DNA of 32,000 nt from Caldicellulosiruptor hydrothermalis 108 (GTDB lineage Bacteria > Bacillota > Thermoanaerobacteria > Caldicellulosiruptorales > Caldicellulosiruptoraceae), in NCBI RefSeq assembly GCF_000166355.1, contig NC_014652.1, positions 1,616,928-1,648,927 on the forward strand. Direction: 5' to 3'. Each line of letters opens with the position of its first letter. Within the stretch, counting starts at the first letter, position 1. Positions 17,702 to 28,303 of this stretch are shown here, piece by piece. Both the position numbers and the translations under genes were made by a program. The notes under the pieces are model-generated. The model made no database searches. It was given only the letters and a program-made list of their open reading frames with translations, and was not told where the DNA came from.

Positions 17702-18895
17702 CTAACTTAGCTTTTCAACAAACCTCTTGATTCTCTCAAGCCCTTCTCTTATATTCTTCTCAGATGTTGCATATGAAAGTCTGATATGATTTTCCATTCC
17801 AAATCCTTCACTTGGAACTACAGCCACTTTTTCTACTTCCAACAGAAGTTTTGCAAACGTATTTGCCGAATCTATTAATTTACCCTCAAAACTCTTTCCA
17901 ACAGCAGCAGATATGTCAACCCAGATATAAAATGCACCTTCGGGCTTTAGAGCAGATAAAAATTTTGTATCATTTACAAGACTGTAAATTAAGTCTCTTC
18001 TCTTTTCAAATTCGCATATCATCTTTTTTACGCTATCCTGTGGCCCTACCAGAGCTTCATACGCAGCATACTGAGCAATTGAATTCGGGTTTGAGGTTGT
18101 GTGGCTCTGAAGGTTTGACATAATCTTTGTAAATTCCTTGTTTGAAAGGGTATAACCAATTCTCCATCCTGTCATCGCATACGATTTTGAAACACCGTTT
18201 ACAACAATTACAAACTCTTTCGCCTTTTCATTTATTGATGCCGCTGATATGTGTTTTTTGCCATCATAAATCAACTTGTCATATATTTCATCAGAAACAA
18301 TAAATATTTCTCTTTCAATACAAAACTCAACAATTTGTTTAAGCTCCTCATATGTATATACCATACCGGTGGGATTAGAAGGTGAATTTAACACAATTGC
18401 TTTTGTTTTTGACGTTGTATATTTTTCAAGGTCAGATAAAGTTATCTTATAATTCTTTTCTTTTGTTGTTGGAACAACTACTACCTTCCCACCTGCAAGC
18501 TTTATAAGTTCTGGATATGTAACCCAATATGGTGATGGCAAAAGTACCTCATCACCATCGTTTAAAAGTGCAAAAAACACATTCATAAGAGAATGCTTTG
18601 CACCATTTGAAACAACCACTTCATCTGGAGAGTAATCTACCTCATAATTTTCTTTGTAATACTTTGCAATAGCTTCTTTTAAACAGCTAATCCCCGCAAC
18701 TGGTGTGTATTTTGTATACCCTTTTACAATAGCTGAAATTGCAGCATACTTAATATTATCCGGAGTATCAAAATCAGGCTCACCCGCACCAAATCCAATT
18801 ACGTTTTCGCCAGCTTCTTTTAATTTTTTTGCAAGGCTATCGATTGCAAGTGTTGGTGATGCTGAAATGTTAAGTGCTCTTTGAGAATATTTCAT
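17702..18895 (-). CDS. PLP-dependent aspartate/aromatic aminotransferase (class I)
   Basis: 397-aa ORF: GEPDFDTP, NSPSNPTG, SKSYAMTGWRIGY (PLP lysine). Confidence 0.9.
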   Translation of the reverse strand: MKYSQRALNISASPTLAIDSLAKKLKEAGENVIGFGAGEPDFDTPDNIKYAAISAIVKGYTKYTPVAGISCLKEAIAKYYKENYEVDYSPDEVVVSNGAKHSLMNVFFALLNDGDEVLLPSPYWVTYPELIKLAGGKVVVVPTTKEKNYKITLSDLEKYTTSKTKAIVLNSPSNPTGMVYTYEELKQIVEFCIEREIFIVSDEIYDKLIYDGKKHISAASINEKAKEFVIVVNGVSKSYAMTGWRIGYTLSNKEFTKIMSNLQSHTTSNPNSIAQYAAYEALVGPQDSVKKMICEFEKRRDLIYSLVNDTKFLSALKPEGAFYIWVDISAAVGKSFEGKLIDSANTFAKLLLEVEKVAVVPSEGFGMENHIRLSYATSEKNIREGLERIKRFVEKLS

Positions 18896-18932
18896 TTTTT
18901 ATCGCTTCTCTCCTTCAAATCATTTTTGCAAT

Positions 18933-18961
18933 ACTATATCATATTTATATGCATTTTTCAA
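18933..18961 (-). promoter_or_regulatory. Candidate promoter for the aminotransferase gene
   Basis: The minus strand reads TTGAAA, a 17-nt spacer, then TATAGT. Confidence 0.45.
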
Positions 18962-19024
18962 TAGTATTGGTACAGAAAACTAAGACTTTTTCAACTAAAA
19001 ACGCAAGATGCGGCTATAAAAATT

Positions 19025-19933
19025 TCATTTTAAAAATCTTTCAGTAAACCTTGTAAGATTAAAATAGCAAATGTCCATAATCTCTTTTTCAGAAAATCCC
19101 CATTTTTTAAGCTCTTCTTGTATGTTTGGCAAATCTTCAACTCCTCTCAAGCCATCTGTAAAATCATCTGCTCCATCAAAATCAGACCCAAACGAAATGT
19201 ACTGTGCACCAATTAGCTCTGCAATATATGCTATGTGTCTGGCAACATCATTCAAATTAGCTTTACCTTCATCTTTTACAAATGGAGAATAAAAATTGAT
19301 TCCTATTATGCCATCAAAATCTCTCACAATTTTTATCTGCTCATCTGTAAGGTTTCGTGGGTGCGGGCATAAGCTAAAACAATTAGAATGGCTAACTATA
19401 AAAGGTTTATTTAGATGCTTTACAACATCAAAAAAAGTCTTCTTTGATGCGTGTGCAAGGTCTATGATAAAGTTTTCTTCAAGTAATTTTTTTAAAACCT
19501 CCCGTCCTGTACTTGTCAAACCTTTATCTGAATATGCACCGCCGCAAAGTTTATTTTCATAATTCCATGAAAGTGTTGCACTTTTTACTCCTCTTTGTTT
19601 TAAAAGCTCTATCTCATATGTGTCATTTATAAAAGATATATCCTCGATTGAAAGTAAAACATTTATCATACCATCTTCGATTTTTTGGCTTAAACCTACA
19701 TTGTTTATTTCATACTCATTTATTCTGTCCAAAAAATAAAAGGCATTTTTCAAAAAATCAATGCCTTCCTGACGAGTGTCTTGCCATATTGCCATGTATT
19801 GAAGTTTTAAATCAACTTTATTTGCTCTTTTAAAATCAAATTGACATGAATTTTTATAAAGATTTTCACCTTTTGAAAAAGCGGTGGTTACCGTATCATT
19901 GTGGGCATCTGCAAACATTTTTAAAACTCTCAT
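19025..19933 (-). CDS. Membrane (renal-type) dipeptidase, peptidase family M19
   Basis: 302-aa ORF: N-terminal DAHNDT, later LAHASKKTFFDV, VSHSN, GSDFDG metal ligand blocks. The start could instead be the second Met (MFADAHNDT). Confidence 0.85.
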   Translation of the reverse strand: MRVLKMFADAHNDTVTTAFSKGENLYKNSCQFDFKRANKVDLKLQYMAIWQDTRQEGIDFLKNAFYFLDRINEYEINNVGLSQKIEDGMINVLLSIEDISFINDTYEIELLKQRGVKSATLSWNYENKLCGGAYSDKGLTSTGREVLKKLLEENFIIDLAHASKKTFFDVVKHLNKPFIVSHSNCFSLCPHPRNLTDEQIKIVRDFDGIIGINFYSPFVKDEGKANLNDVARHIAYIAELIGAQYISFGSDFDGADDFTDGLRGVEDLPNIQEELKKWGFSEKEIMDICYFNLTRFTERFLK

Positions 19934-19948
19934 ATTTTTCTCTGTATA

Positions 19949-20671
19949 TTAAAATTCTATTGTATCTTTATCTGCCGCAAGAACAACATTTTCAAAAACC
20001 TCTTTTGCAGACAGAAGATGTTCTTTTTCGTTGCATTCAGGCTTTAAATGGGTCAAAACAAGAAGCTTTGCATTTGCTTTTTTTGTAATTTCAGCTGCCT
20101 GTTTTGGACTCAAATGGAATCTCTTTTCAGGTTCAATTTTCTCCACTTCCTTGTCTGTGTATGCTGCGTTTAGCAAAAGCAGATCTGCATTCCTGAAAAA
20201 TTCTATCAGTTCTTCTTTAAATCCTGTATCACCTGAGAATCCAAAAATCTTCCCATCCTCTTCAATTCTCACAGCAAAGCTTTTGTAAGGATGCTGACCT
20301 TCTAAAAACTTGATTGTAAGATTTCCTATTTTTGCTTCCATATTATTTTCAATATCCCTAACTCTGTACACTCCTTTTCTTATCAACTCATACTCTTCTT
20401 TTGGTTCAGATGGAATATAAAGGTCTATCTCTTTTCCTCTTGATGCAAAATAGTACCTCAAAACTCCCAAATCGCTTGTGTGGTCAGCATGAAGGTGGCT
20501 GCAGATGATAAATGAAATCTCGTCAAAAGAAATAAAGTTTAAAAGCCTTGTCAAAACTCCACTTCCACACTCAAGCAGAATATTTGCCTCTTTTGTCTTC
20601 AAAAGATACCCTGATGTAGGCTCACCCTTTGCTGGATAAGGTCCTCTTGCTCCTAAGATATTTAATATCAT
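19949..20671 (-). CDS. MBL-fold metallo-hydrolase
   Basis: 240-aa ORF with the HxHxDH motif (SHLHADH). The ATG overlaps the metX stop (ATGA). Confidence 0.85.
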   Translation of the reverse strand: MILNILGARGPYPAKGEPTSGYLLKTKEANILLECGSGVLTRLLNFISFDEISFIICSHLHADHTSDLGVLRYYFASRGKEIDLYIPSEPKEEYELIRKGVYRVRDIENNMEAKIGNLTIKFLEGQHPYKSFAVRIEEDGKIFGFSGDTGFKEELIEFFRNADLLLLNAAYTDKEVEKIEPEKRFHLSPKQAAEITKKANAKLLVLTHLKPECNEKEHLLSAKEVFENVVLAADKDTIEF

Positions 20672-21813
20672 TTTATCATCTCCTCATTATAGAGTAATTT
20701 TAAAAATTCAGATATAATATCCCTGTATTTTTCCTCTTCCACCAAAAAAGAGTCGTGACCATAATCAGACTCAATCTCTTTGTAAACAAGGTCAACCCCA
20801 GCTTCTAAAAGCTTGTCTCTCATATATCTCATCTGAGATAGCGGAAAGAGTATATCAGAGGTTATGGCAATAAGTAAAAATTTAGCCTTTATTCGTCTTA
20901 AAGCCTCCTCTTCACTGCCATATGTCCTTCCCAAATCATAAAGGTCCATTGCGCGTGTGAGATAAAGATACGTGTTTGCATCAAACCTCTGAACAAGTTT
21001 CATACCCTGATAGTGTAAATAACTTTCTACTTCAAACTCAGTGTTAAACGACTCAAAAAAGCTCTCAACAGGGTCTTTCATTCGGCGGTTAAACTTTCTG
21101 TCCATGAGCTTGTCAGACTGGTATGTTATCATGCCAAGCATTCTGGCAATTGAAAGTCCCTGAGAAGGTCCTGTCTTGTCATAGTAATCTCCACCGTGCC
21201 AGTTTGGGTCTGCCATAATAGCCCTTCTCATAACTTCATTAAATGCAATTGACTGCGCGTTAAGTTTAAGTGGCGATGCAATGTTTATAACCCCATCCAT
21301 AAAATCCGGATAGCTCACAGCCCACTCCAAAGCCTGCATTCCGCCCATGGAACCGCCAACAACACATAGTATATGGTCTATTTTTAACGCTTCTAAAAGC
21401 TTTTTCTGAACATTTACCATGTCTTTTATGGTTATTATAGGAAACCTTGCACCGTAAGGTTTTCCTGTCTCAGGGTCAACAGAAGATGGACCTGTTGTCC
21501 CCTGACAGCCTCCAAATACATTTGAACATATTACAAAATATTTATTTGTGTCAATCATCTTGCCAGGTCCAACAAACTTGTCCCACCACCCGGGCTTGGG
21601 GTCATCTTCTGAATGTTTTGCAACGTGAGAATCGCCTGTCAGTGCATGGGTTATAAGGACGATATTATTCTTTTCTTTATTTATTTCCCCATAGGTTTCA
21701 TACGCAACAGTGATTGGTCCAAATGTTTTTCCACTTTCTAATACAAAATCCTTGTTGTGAGCAAATCGTACAAATTTTTTATAACCCTCTTCCCAGAACT
21801 CAAATTTTTCCAA
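20668..21813 (-). CDS. metX: Homoserine O-acetyltransferase
   Basis: Alpha/beta hydrolase with a GGSMGGMQALEW nucleophile elbow and the MetX N-terminus ..FVLESGKTFGPITVAYETYG. The track ORF extends to 21903, but that extension contains a 13-bp inverted repeat. The TTG at 21813, preceded by GGGGGTAAAGGAAAG, is the more plausible start. The ATG at 21870 is an alternative. Confidence 0.88.
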   Translation of the reverse strand: MEKFEFWEEGYKKFVRFAHNKDFVLESGKTFGPITVAYETYGEINKEKNNIVLITHALTGDSHVAKHSEDDPKPGWWDKFVGPGKMIDTNKYFVICSNVFGGCQGTTGPSSVDPETGKPYGARFPIITIKDMVNVQKKLLEALKIDHILCVVGGSMGGMQALEWAVSYPDFMDGVINIASPLKLNAQSIAFNEVMRRAIMADPNWHGGDYYDKTGPSQGLSIARMLGMITYQSDKLMDRKFNRRMKDPVESFFESFNTEFEVESYLHYQGMKLVQRFDANTYLYLTRAMDLYDLGRTYGSEEEALRRIKAKFLLIAITSDILFPLSQMRYMRDKLLEAGVDLVYKEIESDYGHDSFLVEEEKYRDIISEFLKLLYNEEMIK

Positions 21814-21934
21814 CTTTCCTTTACCCCCACTAAGAATATTAATTAAAATGAAAGATTGCCCCGTTTTCATTCTTAAGCATTGGTTTTTGGAGCAATCTTT
21901 CATTGCTACTTGAAATGTCAGCTTAAAAACTATT

Positions 21935-23320
<1,386 letters not shown>

Positions 23321-23450
23321 TTACTTCTTATCTGCCAGGTATTTTAAAAATACCTGCTGGAATTGGCACCAAGAAAAAGGGCACCCCTACCTTTTTCCGG
23401 TTGCCGGGCTTCATTGGGCCAGTCCCTCCGCCACTCTTGATAAGAAGTAA
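23321..23450 (-). promoter_or_regulatory. SAM-I riboswitch (S-box) aptamer
   Basis: The minus strand reads TTACTTCTTATCAAGAGTGGCGGAGGGACTGGCCCAATGAAGCCCGGCAACC...GGTGCCAATTCCAGCAGG...GGCAGATAAGAAGTAA. It has a 12-bp perfect P1 and all the conserved S-box blocks. Confidence 0.93.
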
Positions 23451-23478
23451 TTTTCTGATATTCAATTTTGTTGTTTTG

Positions 23479-23507
23479 ATTATACCATTAATAATTCTAT
23501 TGGTCAA
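23479..23507 (-). promoter_or_regulatory. Promoter for the S-box operon
   Basis: The minus strand reads TTGACC, a 17-nt spacer, then TGgTATAAT (extended -10). Confidence 0.6.
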
Positions 23508-23518
23508 TACCCTACTTT

Positions 23519-23806
23519 TTAAATCTGAATTCTTGGATTTTCTTCAGACATTCTGTAAATAACAATTTTTCTACCAATCACCTGTACAGGCTCTGCGTTT
23601 AGTTTTTCGCATATATAAGCTATCGCTTCTTTCGGCTCTATCTCACAGTTCTTCTCAAGGGCAATTTTTATAAGCTCTCTTGCAGTGAGTGCTTCATCTA
23701 TTTGTTTGAGCACCCCTTCTGTAATCCCTTCCTTGCCAATTCGAATAATTGCATCCATTGTATTTGCCATGCCCCTGAGTTTTGCTCTTTGCTTAGATGT
23801 TAGCAA
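23519..23806 (-). CDS. yhbY: YhbY/YqeI-type CRM-domain RNA-binding protein (ribosome assembly)
   Basis: (M)LTSKQRAKLRGMANTMDAIIRIGKEGITEGVLKQIDEALTARELIKI matches the YhbY family N-terminus. The track start (GTG 23818) lies inside the GAGGTG RBS, so the TTG at 23806 is preferred. Confidence 0.88.
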   Translation of the reverse strand: MLTSKQRAKLRGMANTMDAIIRIGKEGITEGVLKQIDEALTARELIKIALEKNCEIEPKEAIAYICEKLNAEPVQVIGRKIVIYRMSEENPRIQI

Positions 23807-23876
23807 GATATTTTTCACCTCTTTTTGAATTTAATTTTTGATAAAATATTTCTTTTTCGCTATTTATAAACTAAAA

Positions 23877-23904
23877 CGGCAGAAAGGAACTTGCCTTTCT
23901 GCCG
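23877..23904 (-). terminator. Strong hairpin (11-bp perfect stem) between the small Cys ORF and yhbY; a terminator or attenuator
   Basis: CGGCAGAAAGG-aacttg-CCTTTCTGCCG. There is a T-run on the plus side (GCGTTTTTTT) and TTTTAGTTT on the minus side. Confidence 0.6.
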
Positions 23905-23921
23905 GCGTTTTTTTATTGTCT

Positions 23922-24107
23922 TTAGACCTCTACTTCTTTTCGAGACCTGCGCCGCTGCTTCTCGTACTCTGGATCCCCCTTTTTCCAACCGCTTCTTACC
24001 TTCTCAATCACCTTTTGTTTTGATACATCCACAACAAACCCGTTTTCCTTAAAACAAAAGTATGTGGTATTACCTACCTTGCAGTTCCCACAATTGATGC
24101 ACTCCAT
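23922..24107 (-). CDS. Small (61 aa) Cys4 protein of unknown function
   Basis: MECINCGNCKVGNTTYFCF... followed by a basic/acidic tail. GGAGG lies 13 nt upstream. It is co-directional with obg and yhbY and is followed by the hairpin at 23877..23904. Coding status is unproven. Confidence 0.45.
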   Translation of the reverse strand: MECINCGNCKVGNTTYFCFKENGFVVDVSKQKVIEKVRSGWKKGDPEYEKQRRRSRKEVEV

Positions 24108-24215
24108 TTAGAAAAGATAACCTCCAAACCTTTTAAGAATTTCTTTTTGCTTGTCAATTATTTTAACCCATTTTCACTGTTTTGTCTATATCCATTTTTA
24201 TGATAAATCTAAAAC

Positions 24216-25499
24216 TTATTCATAATATTCAAACTCAACATCAAGTATCCTCACAATGTCGCCATCCTGGATTCCCATCTCTCTTAACTTGTCAAAGACA
24301 CCAAGCTTGTTTAAGAAATTTTGAAAATACCTGAATGAGTCATGGTCATTTAAAACTATGTTTCTTGCAACCTTCTCTACAACTGTTCCTTCTACAATAT
24401 ATATACCATTTTCTTTTCTGATAGTCAGTGGCTTTACATCCTTTTTCTTATAGTACACAAACGTCCGCGGCTTTGCATCCTCTTCGACATTTTCAGCTGC
24501 CTTTTGCTGCTTCAAAAGTTCATAAGCCTTTTTTAAAACCTCTCTTACACCCATGCCAGTTGCAGCAGAGATGGGATACACTTCATAGCCCATCTTTTCA
24601 ATCTCTTCTTTGAAAAGTTCAAAATACGCCTGGGCATCAGGAAGGTCCATCTTGTTTGCTGCAACAATTTGAGGTTTTTGTGCAAGCTCTGGACTGTATT
24701 TTTTAAGCTCCTCATTGATTTTTATAAAATCCTCAACAGGCTCTCTTCCTTCACTTCCCGACACATCAACAATATGAATCAAAACCTTTGTCCTTTCAAC
24801 ATGTCGCAAAAACTGATGGCCCAAACCTGCTCCTTCGCTTGCTCCTTCAATAAGCCCCGGTATATCTGCAAGAACAAAGCTCTCACCCTCGCTAATATAA
24901 ACAATTCCAAGGTTTGGATACTTTGTTGTAAATGGATAGTTTGCTATCTCAGGTCTTGCGTTTGTTGCAACGGACAAGAAGGTTGACTTACCAACGTTTG
25001 GATAGCCAATCAGTCCAACATCTGCTAAGACTTTTAGCTCCAAAATTACCCAAAGCTCGTCCCCTTTCTCCCCAACCTCAGCAAACCTTGGAACTTGCCT
25101 TGTGGCTGTTGCAAAATGGGCATTTCCTCTGCCACCTCTACCACCGTGCGCAACAATTGCCCTGTCGCCTTCTCGTGACAGGTCAGCAATTATCTCACCA
25201 GTTTCAGCATCTTTTATTACAGTTCCAACAGGAACCTTTATTATCAAATCCTCACCGTCTTTGCCGTGCATATTGTTAGGTCCGCCACGCTCACCGTTTT
25301 GTGCCTTGTAATGTCTTTTGTATTTAAAATCAAGCAGGGTGTTCAGCTCCCTGTCAGCAACAAATATAACATCTCCGCCTTTTCCGCCATCGCCACCTGC
25401 AGGACCTCCTGCTGGAACGTACTTTTCACGTCTGAACGCAACTATGCCGTCTCCCCCATCCCCTGCTTTGACATAAATCTTTGCTATGTCCACAAACAT
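24216..25499 (-). CDS. obg: GTPase Obg/CgtA
   Basis: MFVDIAKIYVKAGDGGDG (Gly-rich Obg fold), G motifs GYPNVGKST / DIPGLIEGA / NKMD, and a C-terminal OCT domain. The true start is ATG 25499 (AAGAGGTGAG RBS). The track ORF's 17 extra codons are upstream read-through. Confidence 0.95.
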   Translation of the reverse strand: MFVDIAKIYVKAGDGGDGIVAFRREKYVPAGGPAGGDGGKGGDVIFVADRELNTLLDFKYKRHYKAQNGERGGPNNMHGKDGEDLIIKVPVGTVIKDAETGEIIADLSREGDRAIVAHGGRGGRGNAHFATATRQVPRFAEVGEKGDELWVILELKVLADVGLIGYPNVGKSTFLSVATNARPEIANYPFTTKYPNLGIVYISEGESFVLADIPGLIEGASEGAGLGHQFLRHVERTKVLIHIVDVSGSEGREPVEDFIKINEELKKYSPELAQKPQIVAANKMDLPDAQAYFELFKEEIEKMGYEVYPISAATGMGVREVLKKAYELLKQQKAAENVEEDAKPRTFVYYKKKDVKPLTIRKENGIYIVEGTVVEKVARNIVLNDHDSFRYFQNFLNKLGVFDKLREMGIQDGDIVRILDVEFEYYE

Positions 25500-25534
25500 G
25501 AAAATCTCACCTCTTTTAAGAACAACTAAAAGAT

Positions 25535-25572
25535 ACAAAAAAAGAGACAAACCTCTTTTGTCAGTTTGCCTC
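25535..25572 (-). terminator. Intrinsic terminator or attenuator between rpmA and obg
   Basis: The minus strand reads GAGGCAAAC-tgacaaaagag-GTTTGTCTC followed by TTTTTTT. Confidence 0.6.
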
Positions 25573-25603
25573 TTTTTGAAAAGCGTTAAACCATAATAGA
25601 TTT

Positions 25604-25903
25604 TTATTGAACAGCAACCATCTCTTCAGCTGGAATAACAGACACAACTTTTCTTCCTCTCTTGTTTTCAAACTTTACATACCCTGTTACTAAAGCAAAA
25701 AGTGTGTCATCTCCACCACGACCGACATTTTTGCCTGGGTGGAATTTAGTCCCTCTCTGTCTTACCAAAATATTTCCTGCCAAAACAAACTGACCGTCTG
25801 ACCTTTTAACACCAAGTCTTTTTGATTCGCTGTCTCTTCCGTTTCTTGTTGAACCACCAGCTTTCTTGTGTGCAAAAAGCTGAATGTCAAATATTAACTT
25901 CAT
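25604..25903 (-). CDS. rpmA: 50S ribosomal protein L27, with the Firmicute N-terminal propeptide
   Basis: [43 protein letters not shown] 7 nt upstream. Confidence 0.96.
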   Translation of the reverse strand: MKLIFDIQLFAHKKAGGSTRNGRDSESKRLGVKRSDGQFVLAGNILVRQRGTKFHPGKNVGRGGDDTLFALVTGYVKFENKRGRKVVSVIPAEEMVAVQ

Positions 25904-26228
25904 CCTCTTTCACCTCCACTTTAACATATTTTGGATATTGAGACTCTATCTCTTTTAACGCTAAATATGCTGTTTCAAGAAGAAGTGAACAGCCTTTTGT
26001 TACTTCTTCATTGTTATTTAACACTTCAAATTCCAAATAGCCTTCTTTTTGTTTCAACGAATGCTCAGCTTTCAATATCTCAATGCAGCCATTTACATTT
26101 GCAAGTACTATTGAAGAGACTGCACTGCAAACTATGTCTTTACCCTTTGGGGCAAAATGGCTGTGCCCTTTGACAACTATTTTATAATACCCTTTCTTTC
26201 GTGATTTTAAAAAAGTAGCTTCAATCAT
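25887..26228 (-). CDS. prp: Ribosomal-processing cysteine protease Prp (YsxB/DUF464)
   Basis: 113-aa ORF: [22 protein letters not shown] (His/Cys dyad region). It lies between rplU and rpmA, as in other Firmicutes. Confidence 0.88.
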   Translation of the reverse strand: MIEATFLKSRKKGYYKIVVKGHSHFAPKGKDIVCSAVSSIVLANVNGCIEILKAEHSLKQKEGYLEFEVLNNNEEVTKGCSLLLETAYLALKEIESQYPKYVKVEVKEDEVNI

Positions 26229-26243
26229 CTTTGGCAGATTAAT

Positions 26244-26555
26244 TTACTTTGCTATTTTTGTTATCTGAATCTTTGTATACCACTGGCGATGTCCAAGCTT
26301 TCTGTGATAACCTGTTTTTGATTTGTAAGTAAATACTATGATTTTTTTGTCTTTTGCATGTTCCAAAACCTTTGCTTCAACATATGCGCCCTCTACGTAC
26401 GGCTTTCCAACAACAAATCCATCATCGGACGAAATTGCCAACACCTTGTCAATCTTTACCACAGAATCAACATCAGCTTTTAATTTTTCAACCTTTAAAA
26501 CATCGCCTTCCTGCACCTTATATTGCTTTCCACCTGTTTCAATTATTGCATACAT
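26244..26555 (-). CDS. rplU: 50S ribosomal protein L21
   Basis: [18 protein letters not shown]... with a GCAGGAGG RBS. The track ORF's 33 extra N-terminal codons cover the leader. Confidence 0.95.
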   Translation of the reverse strand: MYAIIETGGKQYKVQEGDVLKVEKLKADVDSVVKIDKVLAISSDDGFVVGKPYVEGAYVEAKVLEHAKDKKIIVFTYKSKTGYHRKLGHRQWYTKIQITKIAK

Positions 26556-26655
26556 CCTCTTCTTCAAACCTCCTGCTTTTAAGAAATTTTTCAAATCCAC
26601 ATGCACGCCGCTACGGGAGCAATTTGCCCTTTGCGAGCGCTCATAAAACAACATT
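26556..26655 (-). promoter_or_regulatory. Probable L21 (rplU) ribosomal-protein leader
   Basis: An unusually GC-rich, self-complementary 5' UTR (..ATGAGCGCTCGCAAAGGGCAAATTGCTCCCGTAGCGGCGTGCAT..) sits between the promoter and the rplU RBS. Its position matches the Firmicute L21 leader, but I did not fold it against a covariance model. Confidence 0.4.
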
Positions 26656-26659
26656 CAAT

Positions 26660-26688
26660 ATTATAGCATTGAATATTGCCCATTACAA
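26660..26688 (-). promoter_or_regulatory. Promoter for rplU-prp-rpmA, overlapping the queH 3' end
   Basis: The minus strand reads TTGTAA, a 17-nt spacer, then TATAAT. Confidence 0.5.
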
Positions 26689-27258
26689 TAGCAAATTTTC
26701 CTCAAAAGCCTTTAGGTCTTTATCGTTTTTTCTTTTGTAAAATCGCTCTTTTTCGCTGTAAATACAGCCGCAATATTTCTGCATATAAAGTCCTATTTCT
26801 CTTGCCTTCTGTCTTCCTTCCTTAAATCCTTCTCTGAAGTCTCTGTAGTAAAATTCAATTTCATATTTTTTAGAAATTGCTTCTCCAAGCTCTTTTATAA
26901 GTTCATGTTTCTGATAAGGACTCACCAGAAGAGTAGTTGTAAATGCATCAAATCCACTTTTCTTTGCAATTAGCGCTGTTCTTTCTAATCTTACAGAATA
27001 ACAATAAATACACCTTGCATTTTCTCTAAAAGCACAGTTTCGCAAAAACTCTTCCAAAGGGTACTCATCTATTACAATGAGTTTTTTACCGCGCAGGTCA
27101 TAAAAAAGCTTTGCTGAATCTAATCTGTTTTTAAACTCTGTATAAGGATGAATGTTTGGATTGAAAAAAAGCCCAAAAACTTCGTGCCCCTCTTCACTTA
27201 GCTTCTCCAAAGGATACACACTGCAAGGTCCACAGCATGTGTGCATAAGTAACCTCAT
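26683..27258 (-). CDS. queH: Epoxyqueuosine reductase QueH (DUF208)
   Basis: 191-aa ORF: [32 protein letters not shown] cysteine blocks characteristic of QueH. The ATG overlaps the ruvB stop (ATGA). Confidence 0.85.
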   Translation of the reverse strand: MRLLMHTCCGPCSVYPLEKLSEEGHEVFGLFFNPNIHPYTEFKNRLDSAKLFYDLRGKKLIVIDEYPLEEFLRNCAFRENARCIYCYSVRLERTALIAKKSGFDAFTTTLLVSPYQKHELIKELGEAISKKYEIEFYYRDFREGFKEGRQKAREIGLYMQKYCGCIYSEKERFYKRKNDKDLKAFEENLLL

Positions 27259-28271
27259 CTTTTATCACCACTCTCTTTGAGCTTAAACTTTATCTTTGCT
27301 ATATGATTTATAGCTTTTTGAGTTGCAACTCTTCCACGCGCAGTCTTTACTAAAAAACCTTCTTGAATCAAATAAGGTTCATAGATATCTTCAATTGTCC
27401 CTTCATCTTCGCCAATGGCAGCTGCAATTGTAGAAAGTCCAACAGGCCCTCCACCAAACTTGTAAACTATTGCTTCCAAAATGTTTCTGTCAACAAGGTC
27501 AAGTCCATATTCGTCTACCTCAAACATCTCAAGACCACTTTTTGCAACCTCATATGTTATACTTCCTGTATGCTTTACCATAGCATAATCTCTAAGTCTT
27601 CTAAGTAGCCTGTTTGCAACCCTCGGAGTTCCTCTTGAGCGCTTTGCAATCTCTATGCATGCTTCTTTTTCTATATCGCACTTTAAAATGCTGGCAGACC
27701 TCATAACAATCTGGCTTAGCTCTTCAACTGTGTAATAGTCAAGCCTTTCTATTATTCCAAACCTGTCTCTCAGCGGTGATGATAAAAGACCTGCCCTTGT
27801 TGTTGCTCCAATGAGTGTAAAAGGTGGCAAAGTCAATCTTATGGTCTTCGCGGACGGACCTTTACCAATCACAATATCAACCTTTTTGTCTTCCATTGCA
27901 GGATATAAAACCTCTTCGATTGTCCTGTTTAGTCTATGAATTTCATCAATAAACAGAATATTATTTTCGCCAATATTTGTAAGAATAGCAACAAGGTCGC
28001 CTGCTCTTTCTATTGCAGGGCCAGATGTTACTTTTATATCAACTCCCATTTCATTTGCAATGATGTTTGCCAAGGTGGTTTTCCCAAGACCAGGCGGACC
28101 ATATAAGAGTACATGGTCAAGAGGTTCTTTTCTTTTTTTGGCAGCTTCAATAAAGATTTTTATCTTTTCTTTCACCTTTTGCTGGCCTATATAATCTTCA
28201 AGTGTCTTTGGTCGCAGTGACTCCTCATGAACATCCTCAATAGAAAATTTATTATCCAGTAATCTCTCCAT
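27255..28271 (-). CDS. ruvB: Holliday junction branch-migration helicase RuvB
   Basis: 338-aa ORF: [42 protein letters not shown]. Confidence 0.97.
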   Translation of the reverse strand: MERLLDNKFSIEDVHEESLRPKTLEDYIGQQKVKEKIKIFIEAAKKRKEPLDHVLLYGPPGLGKTTLANIIANEMGVDIKVTSGPAIERAGDLVAILTNIGENNILFIDEIHRLNRTIEEVLYPAMEDKKVDIVIGKGPSAKTIRLTLPPFTLIGATTRAGLLSSPLRDRFGIIERLDYYTVEELSQIVMRSASILKCDIEKEACIEIAKRSRGTPRVANRLLRRLRDYAMVKHTGSITYEVAKSGLEMFEVDEYGLDLVDRNILEAIVYKFGGGPVGLSTIAAAIGEDEGTIEDIYEPYLIQEGFLVKTARGRVATQKAINHIAKIKFKLKESGDKR

Positions 28272-28303
28272 TTTATTTCATTCCTCTTTGAATTGGTTTT
28301 TTC

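Noticed and set aside
23838-24023. Plus-strand 61-aa ORF overlapping the hairpin and the small Cys ORF
   Set aside because: It runs through the terminator stem, has no RBS, and has hydrophobic low-complexity sequence. The minus-strand ORF is the better, though still uncertain, candidate.
24428-25529. Plus-strand ORFs across obg (24428..24613, 24669..24986, 24932..25279, 25102..25311, 25266..25529), some of them P/L/Q-rich
   Set aside because: They are antisense to the Gly-rich Obg fold and GTPase domain, which produces Pro-rich antisense frames. Obg itself is unambiguous.
25500-25550. N-terminal extensions suggested by the ORF track for obg (to 25550), rplU (to 26654), the GNAT gene (from 29496), GH4 (to 31461) and yhbY (to 23818)
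   Set aside because: In each case a downstream start gives the family-typical N-terminus at correct Shine-Dalgarno spacing. The extension covers leader, promoter or RBS sequence.
26338-26740. Plus-strand ORFs 26338..26646 and 26354..26740
   Set aside because: They are antisense to rplU, its leader and the queH 3' end, with no RBS. They are explained by the opposite-strand genes.
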